Assembly: GCA_951406725.2 (NCBI GenBank)
Contig: OX597822.1
Location: 91,202,001-91,266,000, forward strand
Reading direction: 5' to 3'
From: Octopus vulgaris
Taxonomy: Eukaryota
DNA: 64,000 bases
Shown piece after piece: positions 47,401 to 60,375 of this stretch (positions within the stretch are counted from its first letter, which is position 1; the number at the start of each line of letters is the position of its first letter). The notes under the pieces were generated by a model that was given only the letters and a program-made list of their open reading frames with translations, had not been told where the DNA came from and did not search any database. Both the position numbers and the translations under genes were made by a program.

Positions 47401-50400
47401 ATCCACCACAACATAAATGAGGTCCTAAATACATTGTCTATACTTATATGTGCTTGGCCCTGCCCCCATATTCACTCTGTCCCATCAACCATTTGCCACA
47501 ACTTATTTCCTTCACTTCCTTGCCTTCTCCCAACATTCATCCCTCCTCAGCACATATTCCCTCATCCTTTGTGCTACCAGTTACCCACTCCTGGAACTGC
47601 TGCATACCTCATTCCCACCCCTTCTCACAATATTTTCACCCATCACTTCCTTTCTCTACCTTCACTTATCCCTACCTCTCCCTTGCCATACTTCATCTTA
47701 AAACCTCACATCTGCTGCTATCATTTTCAATGCCCTCTCACATCCACCATCATGCACCACTTACTGCGGCCACCTTTATCTACCTCTACCTATCCCTCCT
47801 GCATCTTGCTAATTGTCTTCTACTTCTTGATCTACCATCCCTGAGTCATTCTATATTTCTTATCAAGCCACACTCCCAACTATGTTCATCACACTACATT
47901 TACCATCACCCCATCTCTAATCATCTGTTAACCTCATATTCACACTCTTATAACCCCACCTCACTCATCATTCCTCTTTCTGATCTATTGTTCATATTCT
48001 CTTTTGTGTTCACCTCCTTCAGGGTTTACACTGACAATCCCATCACTTTCACATTATCTTCTTCCCACCCTTAGCTAAGCATATTCTCAATAGCAATACA
48101 CTTGCACTTGATTTGCTATTATACTTCAACCTCTAAACTGTTAGCATAAAGCCCCCCCCCCCCCCCAATCACAATTACTCCTACTTAGTCAAGGGTTTTA
48201 TTCCTTTCTTTTCTTATCTCACAAGTTACTTAGTGACCTCACTGGTGTCAGTGACATGGAAAATGTATACACAGTAAAGTGGTTGGCACTAGGAAAGACA
48301 TTCAGATGTGGAACCTATGCCAAAACTGACATTAGAGATCAATGCAGTCCTGTGGCTAATCAGATCCTGTCAAACTGTCCAGCCCATGCTAGCATTAAAA
48401 AAATGTATGGTAAATGATGCTGCTGCTGTTGAGGAGGAGGCTAGCTCTGTACCTTCCTAGGATTTACATAATAATTACTAATATTTTGTAGCCTGAACAC
48501 TGAAAAACAGGAAAATAATGTGAACAGAATTCAACAAATATATACACATATAACTTGAAGCAAATTTTTAAAGGTAGAAAAAATAAATGATGTATCACTG
48601 ATAAAATCAATAAAGTTTATAAAATTATGTAAAATATAAATTGGTTAGCATGCCTAATAAATAACTACATCTACCTTATTACAAGTGCAATTATTTTTTT
48701 TATATAAGCATGCATCAAGACAACATTGCAAATAATGCAGCTAATTAAGAAAAGAATATAACCAGTTGCATTAAATCCTATAAAACAGATTCAGTCTATT
48801 GAGAAAACATTGCAACAGAAAATAATGTTCTTTGAAGAATATTTGAATGAGCTGACAGTGGTGTTTGATACAGTAGAATAATTTACAAACATTATGTTAC
48901 TGTTGGTTAAAGTACTTTACTATTCATATCAATGTAATTTCATTCATGGAGAATTTGAAATGATTGTCATTCTTTCAAGTATTGACCTTATGAGTTTTTT
49001 TTAGACTTGTAAAACGAGTTGATATTGGAATGTACAAAACTCAAAGTATCAAAATCAAAAGAATTAAAATATATCACGAAAAGGTGAAAACCATGTAAGT
49101 ATTGCAGGAAAAATATAAATGCACTACTTCAACTCAAGAGAAATACTGACAAAACATACACAAGGAGCTACCATGAGACATAATTTTATAAGCAAGATAT
49201 CAAAACTTTATCAAAATCAGTAACTGACAAGCTTTTAAACTATAACTAATAAAACTTTTCTGAAAGATGAAAAATTCTTTTGTTTTGCACTATTCAAAAC
49301 CAAGGAAGAACAAGATCAAGAGTAATCCTGAATTTAGGAGGAATACCCCTCAACAATCCTGAATTTAGGAGGAAGACCCCTCAATAATCCTGAATTTAGG
49401 AGGAAGATTACTGGGCAGATTTATGGGAACTGGAACCATTGCATATCTCCTTTCTGCTAAGAGCAGTGTATGATATGCTGGGGTATGAGGAAAAACCAGC
49501 TGTGCAGGCACTGTGGGGACAGGAGTGCCTTGACATCCTCTCAAGGTATCAGACAGCACTCAAACCAAGAGAGATATACCATGGCAAGATACTAATAACA
49601 CTCACTAACACCCGAGAACAGAAGAGATGCAAGGAACACCAAATAACATCAATCAATTTCATGATGTCAGCCATAGCCAGACCAATAAATTATTTATTAT
49701 AAAAGCACTATTGTGGGATATGAGGGTAGGTAGTTGCCCAAGGTCAGCCAAACAACTCTTAAAGCCAAATGTAGTTTTGTGGTCTGAAGAGGTGAAAAGA
49801 TCTTGAAGCTTTTGAATTGAAGAGAGCAAATATCAAAACTTTTTGCAAAATTGTAAAGAGAAAGGCTGATAGGTAACATTATTCCCAGTTGAGGTAGAGT
49901 GGAAGACAGCTGCTTGCAGGATAGAGGCAGTAGTAGAAAGACCCTCTTACAGCTTATGGAGCAACAGAGAGGAGCTAAGCTGTGAGTTAGGAGATGGGCA
50001 ATGATAAGACCATTACTGCTGATTCATGAATGAAGCATAAAAATTGAAAAGACAGGATGTTCGTGGTTGGAATGATAATAAACTGGTGCTAAATTATTAC
50101 TATTAATAACTCACATAGGTCTTAATTAAAGTTTTTTTTTTTTTAGCTAAACAATAACAAAAACAACTTTGTGGTGGGTGCTTTATCACTTCTACTTACT
50201 GAATATCTAACTGAACATTATTTTGGGAATGAAATTTTTCGAGAAACTGATAGACTAAAGGTCTAAAAGGTTATCTTCATCTTTAAACATGTAATGCGAG
50301 TTCAAAATCCTTCCAAGACTGACTTCAGTTTTTATCTTCCCGTATCAATAAGTACATAACCTAATTTACCTCAGTACAGGCTAACCCTACCCCTTTTTCA

Positions 50401-51206
50401 CAATTTGCAGCCTTGTCTTGATGTAAGACACCATAATTATTGTTCTTGTGACAGTGGTGAATAATGGAATCAGTTGTGATATTCAAAATACCTAATAGTA
50501 TTTAGTCTACACATTATTGTTCTGAGTTCAGTTAGATATTGGGGGTTGAATGTAGAGTACACATTGATAGAAGAGGCAAAGTACTTGCCACATAGAAAAG
50601 AAAGTAAAACAATGCAATCAGGTTGATGTTTAGATTCATATTTACAGTAAAAAAAAAATGCTAATTTGTAATCAAGACATAGAATATGTAATAACTGTTT
50701 CCAATTCAAACACAAGTTCAGCAATTTTGGGTGCTTCACTTGTACATTATTTTATTGACCCCCAAAAAAGGATGAAAAGCAAAGTTGACCCCAGTAGGAT
50801 TTAAACTCAGAATGTAAAGAGCCAGAAAAAAAATATCATGGGGAATTTTTTCCAAAACTCTAGTTTCTGCTAGCTTACCATTCTTAGAATGTGTAATAAA
50901 TGAAATAAGCTTGTAATAGGAGAAATATGGGGATGGAGGACAAATTTAAAAATGAAGCTAATAATAAGAACCAAAAGTTGTATGAATCACATCTAAAATT
51001 GATCTATCTAAAAAGAAAACAAAAAAGAAAATTGTTTTAGTTAGGAGAAAGGAACAGTGCCCATGACCTTTGAAGGGTCTAAGGCTATAGAATAGCTTAG
51101 ATATAAATAAATAGTGGAAGAGAGCTTCAAGCAATTTCATAAAACAAAATTAAGACCAAGAGGTGGAAATAAAGAAATGGACTAGTGTAAGATGTAGCAT
51201 ACATAC

Positions 51207-51296
51207 TGTTGTCATGCAATGTGTTGCTCAGGTTACTTTTGTTGCCAATTAGGGACTCCATGGAGCCAGCACGAACCAGCACTCCCTGCTTACCAC
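51207..51296 (-). CDS. PARD3: Probable PARD3 90-nt symmetric (cassette-type) exon
   Basis: tttcag|GT GGT...AAC A|gtatgt; GKQGVLVRAGSMESLIGNKSNLSNTLHDN; phase 1-1. Confidence 0.65.
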
Positions 51297-52001
51297 CTGA
51301 AATGTCATTTGTAATACAGTGCATGCATGTGGTAAAGTGAAGGAAAAGGCAGCAATTGTAGTATAAAGAAATCAATGAGAAGTAGTGTGCATTATTAATA
51401 TCTAACAAACAGCCATATCAAATAGGATTGAACAATCATGGAATAAGATTACAAACCATCATCTCTTTACATTTTTAACTACTTTTCAATCTATTCATCA
51501 ACATACATTCACAGATACACATGTCTCTATGCATGTATGTTTATATATTTATATTCTTTAATTAGTGTCTGAAAACTGGGTGCATTCAAATAACAGCCTA
51601 AATCTTCATCAGCTGAGACAATAAATAAAAGGAATCCAAGTTTTTCAAAGATAAATTAAAACTGAATGTAACATTGTGTGTTTGTGTTTAATGATTTCAA
51701 TGATTCTATCATTGTGTTAATTTTTATGGAAGTTCATATTTAATGATGGGAGAATTATATTCACCTTAACTACAATATCAGTGACTTATAAAAACACAGG
51801 TATGAAACTCTCTTTTACTTGTTTCAGTCATTTGACTGCGGCCATGCTGGAGCACTGCCTTTAATCGAGCAACTCGACCCCGGGACTTATTCTTTTTGTA
51901 AGCCCAGTACTTATTCTATCGGTCTCTTTTGTCGAACCGCTAAGTAACGGGGACATAAACACACCAGCATCGGTTGTCAAGCAATGCTAGGGGGACAAAC
52001 A

Positions 52002-52049
<48 letters not shown>

Positions 52050-52762
52050 TACGACGGGCTTCTTTCAGTTTCCATCTACCAAATCCACTCACAAGGCTTT
52101 GGTCGGCCCGAGGCTATAGTAGAAGACACTTGCCTAAGGTGCCATGCAGTGGGACTGAACCCAGAACCATGTGGTTGGTAAGCAAGCTACTTACCACACA
52201 GCCACTCCTGCGGCTATAACGGCCTAAATTTCATCAGCTGAGACAATAAATAAAAGGAATCCAAGTTTCTCACAGATAAACTAAAACTGAATGTAACATT
52301 GTGTGTTTGTGTTTAATGATTTCAATGATTCTATCATTGTGTTATTTTTATGGAAGTTCATATTTAATGATGGGAGAAACTGGCCAGAATTCAAGTATAA
52401 ATGTGAAATCAGTTTTTATCTGTTTATATTTTTTACATTGAAATCGGTTAAATGAGTTAGTTAAATATTCTTTGAACCTTTAACTCATTGGACGACCGGC
52501 AATGAGTGTTGTAAAGTGATTTAAAACAAAAAAAAAATGCAATGTGTTTTCCATCACTGAGATAAAATGCATTTAGCATTGCAAGCTTGCAAGATACTAA
52601 TTATAAAGCACACTTGCTGAAGCTTAAGTCTACAGCCAGACGTATGGAAATGCTACTGTGTTGATGAAAGGCTTGAACTTTTAACTAACAAACTGCTAAA
52701 AAGTCAAGTAATCAGGCAATCTTTAAAGTAATATTTTCATATTATCAATTATTAGTGTAAAA

Positions 52763-53080
52763 GTGCATGGCTTAGTGGTTAGGGTATTCAGCTTACAATC
52801 ATAAAGTTGTGAGTTCAATTCCTGGTGACATGTAATGTCTTTGAGCAAGGCACTTTACTTCACATTGTTCCAGTTCACTCAGCTGGTAAAAATCAACAGC
52901 ACCTATATTTAAAAGGGGCCAGCCTTGTCACAATTTGTGTTATGCTGAATCTCCCTGAGAACTACGCTAAGGGTAGACATGTCTGTGGAGTGCTCAGCCA
53001 CTTGCATGTTAATTTCACGAGTAGGCTGTTCCGTTGATTGGATCAGTAGGAACCCTTGTTGTCATAACTGATGGAGCATC
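52763..53080 (+). mobile_element. tRNA-derived SINE with a different (CORE-like) head and tail C
   Basis: TGGCTTAGTGG...GAGTTCAATTCC, ttgagcaaggcactttacttc, then the tail also seen at 5640-5812. Confidence 0.75.
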
Positions 53081-54023
53081 AGTTATCAGTTATTAGTAGT
53101 GAAACTAAAACTACATTTTTCAACCGATTGTAAAGAAACCAATAGTTAATCTAATGTAAATGAAATGGATATAGTCCATCTCTCTGGAATAAAACTAATA
53201 TTTGTATTGAAAATTGCAAAAGAATTGCAACATCTCTATTGATTTAAATATATCTTAAATAAAAAAGTTATACCGAGTTGTTTATATTCTTAAAATATGT
53301 ATAAAACTGAGAATTCAAATTGTCTTTCATACCAATAACCATTGTAACAAATTTCAAAATGCGTGTGCATGTGTGTGAGAGAGAAGTAGGGAGAGAGGGG
53401 AGAGAGAGAGAGAGAGATAGAGAGAGTAAGCAAGTGTGTGTGTTTGTTTTTGTATGCGGGCACAAATTCATATATCAATTTATTATGCATACCTAAAGAT
53501 GCAGTGAAACCAAAAGCTCAAGTCTCTTTATCTCATCCTCAAAACAGCCCTGAATGCTAGATCAGACCAATGATTATTGAACAAACTAAGTGACATGGCT
53601 GTTTGTTGTTAACACAAAACACTAATGAAAAAGTACTGCAAAGGTGAAAATATAAAAACAACAGGAAACAATAAACTAAAATTCAAATTAAAAATGGTTT
53701 AGGTAGGATATAACAGAAAACTCTCGTCTATGCTTTTTGATATTGTCACAACATTAGCTAGTCTATTTGTGCTGTCATCACTTCTTACTTACAGAGCTGA
53801 TGAAGTCTTATCAAATCGTTATTATAACCACCAAGAAACAAATCATGGATTTTGATAGAAGACTTGGATATTACTCGACAAATAGAGCAGCTATAAGGAC
53901 AACAGATTACTGGAAAGTAAAATAAATTATCATTTGTAAAATAAATTATTTGATACTTCAAAATGCATAATTCTGACATGAGGTATTTACATCATATATA
54001 CTGTTTATATTAAGTCAGACTGG

Positions 54024-54300
54024 TGTCCTCATCTTGATTGTTACTTTCACCACATTTTGGCTGTTGAACACTCTAGCCTTCTTCAGGTGTCTTGTGTTGA
54101 ACTCAGCTGTTGTATCAGAATTTTGAACCTACCCCATTATTTGATCCACAGGAGTATACTGTCCTCATTCCACTCTGTGTTTTGTGACATTTCTTGCTTC
54201 AGTTGTTTTTTTTGTGAATTACCTTGGTGCTTTGCTTGGGCTTGAACTCAGAACTACTGGGTGACTTCATTACCCAACTTCTTTATCTACTATGCTATCT
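54024..54300 (-). mobile_element. Older tRNA-headed SINE with a degenerate hammerhead tail
   Basis: Head TAGCATAGTAG...GAGTTCAAGCC (54300-54236); tail GACAC CTGAAGA AGGCTA..CAGCC AAAA TGTGGTGA, then caagatgaggaca as in the 55-kb arms. Confidence 0.6.
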
Positions 54301-54985
54301 CTGTAGGCAGTGACAGTGAATTTTTAAAACTTATAAACTTAAAGTCTAAGTAATCTATTATAGCAATCTGCCTTTTTCTTTCTTGATTATTGGTTCCATA
54401 TTGTATTCATCTCTGCACTTGGCCTGCTCAAGAGGTTGTTATGTTCTAATGTATGTACTGTTTCTTTAAGTTTTCTAAGTTCCTTGTGGTGTTCTCTATC
54501 ATTTTGACTTCACACAGTTTGTGTGAAATAAACAGTACTCAAAATGCATTTCAGCAATTTCTTTTTTCAACATGAAGTTTCCTCATAATTCTTTGTCAAT
54601 TTTAGGTAAATGATCAATTCTTGTGGAGTATAGTTAGTCAAACCAACTTTCAGTATGTAACTGCTACTTATTTTATCTACTATAGGAAACGAATATTTAA
54701 ATTTGAACCAGTGAAACTTGAACGTAAAACCAAGGTACCAAACAGGTTATAGTAAAACAAATGTTTACAAAAGTCCCCTCACCCTACCAATAAAATTGGG
54801 AATACAGGAGCATAAAAAGAAAGCAAAAGAAGTTTACATTTAACATAACACTTTGTTTTTTCATAATTTCAGTGGAATAAAAATTTCATGAAATTCTTAT
54901 TTTAATGTAAAATACTACATTTCCTATATTTTTTAATTGTATTATTTACATTTGACAGATATTTGTCCTCATCTTGTTTGTTGTT

Positions 54986-55031
54986 AACACAACGTTTCAG
55001 TTGATATACCCTCCAGCCTTCATCAGGTGTC
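54986..55031 (-). ncRNA. Minimal type-I hammerhead ribozyme motif
   Basis: GACAC CUGAUGA A GGCUG-loop-CAACU GAAA CG UU GUGUU; intact core, one stem II mismatch. Confidence 0.75.
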
Positions 55032-55279
55032 TTGGGGAAATTTCGAACCTGGGTTCTCATTCTTAAGGTATTTTTCAATGTTATTATTATTATTATTATT
55101 ATTCAGGTTACTGCCTGGAATTGAAGTTGGAATCTTAACCACTACACCATAGGTGGTTAAGAGCGTGGGCTACTAACCTCAAGATTCCGACTTCGATTCC
55201 TGGCAGTAACCTGAATAATAATAACAACAACATCAAAAAATACCTTAGGAATGAGAACCCAGATTCAAAATTTCCCCAA

Positions 55280-55325
55280 GACATTTGATGAAGGCTGGAG
55301 GTTATATCAGTCGAAACGTTGTGTT
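55280..55325 (+). ncRNA. Minimal type-I hammerhead ribozyme motif (C3U variant)
   Basis: GACAU UUGAUGA A GGCUG-loop-CAGUC GAAA CG UU GUGUU. Confidence 0.72.
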
Positions 55326-55803
55326 AGCAACAAACAAGATGAGGACAAATATGTCAAATGTAAATAATGTATGTAATTCCTCAACTCTCTATTGTATTAT
55401 TTATTTATTTTAAAAAATTTATCATAAAATAATTTTATAAGATGAAATGAAATTGATTCCACCTCCAGCCTTTGTTTAATTGGAGATAGAAAACTAAAGA
55501 AAATTTTAACAGTGTTTCTTAGATTCTTTAACTTTCTAAATTGATACAATAAATTAGTGCCATGATGTGTACCTGATTTCTACTAAAGTCACAAATTCAA
55601 ATTTCATCGTCTAAAGTTAGACACTTTGAATGAATTAACCAAATTATTGAAATTGAGGCTAGTACTGAAATTTGGGAACATTAACAGCTTTAGCTATCAT
55701 TAACTGGAGAAGACTAAATGTGATACTTTGGGGGAAAGATGCAAATAAACAGAATTCAAAGAATTAAAAATGTGAATAATCTTATTTTCATTTCAGTTAA
55801 CTA

Positions 55804-55964
55804 CTGTAAAAACCCACGTAATTTACGCACTTTAAAAAAAAAAATTAAACTAAACTTTAGGGGCTGCATAAATTACATGAGTAGATCTTTTTTAGAATTT
55901 TTCCCTGTAAGTTTGGATTTACTCCCTAATATCATTATTATATATATATACATATATATATCAG

Positions 55965-56003
<39 letters not shown>

Positions 56004-56508
56004 TGCCCCAAATATGAACATTGAGCAAAATATGGACATCGAATATTTATAGATATAAATTTAGGAATTTATGTAATTTCAGTTAGATTCTTTACTTATG
56101 ATTAAGCTTGCTCTAATGAAGCATTTTCGTAAAACCTTAGCAGTTATAAATATTTTCAGTTGATATTTTTCGTCAAATATTTAAGCAGATATGTCTATCA
56201 GACGAAGCATCATTACATACTTAAATGGATTGGATTATTCTTGAAAAACTTTGTTTTATTAATGAAGCAGAAACAGCTGTAATTTATAAGATGTGTCATT
56301 TGTTTGTATAAAATATTTAAATTGAATTGAATTTATAATTGTTCAATTTATTGTTTTGTTTTCCATTTCTTATATATTAATAAACTGTATGTTTACTTTT
56401 TATTTACCTATTGGAATAACATTGTTATTGATATAGGTAATATAAACCAGTAAATTCTTCCGATATTTAATATCCCTTAGGTGAATTTTACATCTAGCTA
56501 AATTGTTG

Positions 56509-56549
<41 letters not shown>

Positions 56550-56553
56550 TTAT

Positions 56554-56604
<51 letters not shown>

Positions 56605-57246
56605 CACATATATATGTACATTATTATTATTATATATATATATATATATACAGCTATCGTCTGCTCACAATTTGTGAAATAATACTTCGGTTATTTCTGG
56701 TTAATCTCAATAAAGTTACACGGAGACACAATCTCCTACAGTTACGTACACATACAAACACTTAAACACACAGTCTCATACAGTTGCTTGTATGCACACA
56801 CACACACACATTCAGATACCAGCAGACAATCAGTGTCATATTTCTCATTTACTTATTTTTATTGGAACGCTAACGTTGAGGGAAGAGGAGGGTATGGTGA
56901 GTGAGTAAAGCGGACTGGCATCACTGAAGGAAGGGTATACCGAGTGAGCAAAACGGATTTCATTTATATAGAAGACAACACAAAACGCTTTGTAATTTAA
57001 CAGCTGTTAATGTGATACCTGTTAAACAGAAATTATTTTTATTTAATGAAAATTTAATCAAATCTAATCATAAGTAAGTTATGCTAAATACTACTAAATT
57101 GAAAACCTTTTTCCCCTGGCCATATTGGCAATTCTGAAAACTTTTGGGTGTGAATTTTACATGAGTGGAAGCTATTTTTAACAATTTTTATCCTGAACAT
57201 CACCTGCGTAAATTACACAGGTGGAAAATTACATGGGTTTTTACAG
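55804..57246. mobile_element. Non-autonomous pogo/Tigger-like element
   Basis: TA|CTGTAAAAACCCACGTAATTT ... AAATTACATGGGTTTTTACAG; subterminal tgc(a/g)taaattaca repeats. Confidence 0.65.
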
Positions 57247-59426
57247 TTTATGTGCAACAAAATGTGGCCATGCCTTCTGAAACTGATGTAATTTTGTCAT
57301 CATTTTTCTAGATGTAAAAAAACAACAACAAACGAAACGAAAATCTAAAGAATAGCAAGCTATATGTTTATAATGTTAGACCAATACTAAACTGTACCTA
57401 ATATTAGTGACATGCAGGCCTCTTCTGACTTCACACGCCTGTTATCCTTTCACAAATCAAATTAAATATTTTCTACAAAAAGTTGTGCCTTATAAATTTA
57501 ATCAAATATGCAGTTTAAAGAATTTCATAATTTTAGAATTTCTTCTTTAATGAAAATCATATGACGACCATGAGAATATATTTAGCACCAAGTGTTAGTT
57601 TCATCGTTAAACTTAATTTTGAACTAGTAAAATGGCCTTAATTAGATTAAATATACAATTGTAACTGACTTAATGTTTTGTTTTTGTCATTTACTTTATT
57701 AAATTAATACTAAAATAACACCTCAGATAGTAATTGCTTATATTTTTTTGTAATAGTCTTTTGGATCCTAGTAATAACTTGACAAAATCTCATGGAAAGT
57801 GAATATCTGTAAAAAGTTAACTACAAATTATAGTTGCTTCTTTGTCACTATTTAGATAGTTTCACTTGTAAATGAAACATTATATTTTATAGAGGATAAT
57901 GGTTCTAATAATAGTAACAATTTTTTTTTAAATGTATAAAATTGATATAAAACAAATTGTATTAGAAATGAATAATTTAGTAAAATAAATCGAATGAGCA
58001 TTAACATAAAATATTGGTTATTAGTAAATAAAGACTGAAGGTATCAGTAAAATGTGATGAACTACTCATGCCAAAAAAACAAAACAAAAAAAAACCCTAT
58101 CCCCCAGCTATCTTGCCATAGTAACTTAAGTACCTGTTGGATAGTGAAAAGATGCCACTCTACGACATAAAATCTCATCTGAAATAGATGTATGTTAGAA
58201 CTATAAGTATAAAATACAATAAAATACAATACTGTACTAATAGTTTTAATCAAGTTATCTTTTATGTAATTACATTACTTGCAAACAAGATCACATTGAA
58301 AATCTATAGACTTTTCAGATATGGAAATTTTAAATACATATACTGAAATGCAAAAAGAACATTTAAATGATATAAAGTATATTAGCATACGTAATGTATC
58401 TATTCTCTGAAATTACAAGATTACTTATTAAAATAATAGTGCTAGCCAATCGAATATTAAATTAAAACAAAAATATATGTAAGCCAGAAGTTTAATAGTG
58501 GCATAGATTCTTGATAAGTGACAAAAGAATTGATGCAGTTTCTTTTTGAATATTAAGAATCAAACAGCAACAAGGAAAAGAATTGGTATATCAAAGATTT
58601 AAATTGAACTTCAAATAATTTTTAGAGATTACAAAATATTTCTTGTTGCCATGACAGTATCAAATGGTTGGATTCCTTGAAAATATTTCAGTCTTAAACT
58701 GTTTGCTGATCTTTTACAAAGCTTAAGTATGCTCTACACTTGAGTAAGCCTCACACACCTAGAACATCCAACAAAATTTGATTAATCAGTATTTGGATAA
58801 ATTTAGTAACCATCATATTTTGGTGACCGTGCTTTTAAAGTAATTACCTATTTAAATCTGTTTTGACCTTTTAATGTCTATTTTTTATAAATTTCTGTAT
58901 AAGTACTTATCAACTAACATTTTCTATTATTTAATTAATCCTCATCATTTTGACATACTGGGAATAATTTGCATGAATCTGCAGGTTGTCAGTATTTTTT
59001 GTCTTTTGCCAAATCTTCTGTGGAACCCAGCATCCTGAGATTTGACTTCATTACCATGAAAGTTCTTAAACAGAAACAAATATTCAGTTGGTTGGAACAT
59101 AGAAACATGAATCTGACAAATTTCTGACTGACAAAAGCAGCATTTTTTTAACACTAGACTAAATTTTATGAAAATATTTATCTTAATGAAGTCAATAACT
59201 GTCTGATCCTAATTAACTATCTGATACCCATCTATTCTTCATGCAGAAAATGGAAAATTAATGTACTGAAGTTGAGTAAAAGCCCACAATCATTTTGAAT
59301 TTCTAAAAGCTGATGAGGCAGGGAGTAACTCAACTATTCACCTGGTTTCTTTCAATAAGATATATTTCCTAATCTTTTAAAGAAACTGTTATTGTAATTC
59401 TGTAAGAGGAAGATCACAGTGCTCTA

Positions 59427-59555
59427 ACTATAGACCTATAAGCCTTCTAAGTCATGTCTACAAGCTGTTTATAGGTATTAACAAAATGTCAATAGAATTC
59501 AATAGACCTTTCTACATAGCATTGACTTCATTAAGATCTTTGACAATGTACCTAA
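59427..59555 (+). mobile_element. Small LINE RT remnant
   Basis: NYRPISLLSHVYKLFIGI and RPFYIA/IDFIKIFDNVP. Confidence 0.65.
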
Positions 59556-59647
59556 ATATTTAATAGAAAAAGTGTAGCCAATTTAATTTGGAAATTTTAC
59601 TAACATTAATAAGTGAATAACATAAATAAACAACGGATAAATTACTA

Positions 59648-59875
<228 letters not shown>

Positions 59876-60088
59876 TTATTTAATGTTGTCATTAAAACTT
59901 GAAATAATGTAAATGAATTTATATCAATTTCTACTTTAGTAATTTTACAAGTCAAACATAATTTTATTTAAGGTAAAGTCTTCATTATAAAATGTTGAAT
60001 AACATTGAGTCATAAATTCATAAAGCATAAAAAAAAAAAACTGAATGGATATTGGGGATTTTGAAGAAAATATTTGTTCATCACTTAC

Positions 60089-60375
60089 AATTCTACACCG
60101 TCGAATTTATCTGTTATGTGAGGATGCCAGTTGTCAGGACGATCTGAGGGATTGCGATACTGGTTTGAGTGATAGACTTCAGATGGATGAGATGTAGGAT
60201 ATGGAGGTGGTTGATTATCACTGCTTTTTCGATGAGGCTGAGGTAAACGTGAAATATTTTGGTGGGGTATTCTTGTAGGTGAATTTTGCTCTTGCTGATC
60301 ATCAAAGTCTTTGTGATGATGATGTTTTGAATGATAAGAAAGCGAGGGATCCCCAACAAAAACTGGTGGGTATCT
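60089..60375 (-). CDS. PARD3: PARD3 exon (disordered linker)
   Basis: tttag|RYPPVFVGDPSLSYHSKHHHH...KFDGVE TT|gtaagt; open frame, phases 0-2 fit both neighbours. Confidence 0.8.

Larger units (their letters stand above)
54941..55390. mobile_element. Head-to-head inverted dimer of a tRNA-headed SINE carrying a hammerhead motif
   Basis: Arms of ~200 bp meet at ~55150; A/B-box-like heads at the centre; 13-bp direct repeat attgtattattta at 54936 and 55391. Confidence 0.85.

Noticed and set aside
47383-48074. Overlapping 153- and 208-aa ORFs
   Set aside because: Pyrimidine-rich low-complexity tract depleted of stops; no recognisable domain or splice context.
53790-53900. CTGATGA followed by a hairpin (similar partial hits at 9533, 59310 and minus-strand 6460-6500)
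   Set aside because: No correctly placed GAAA, UH and stem I; cannot be called hammerheads.
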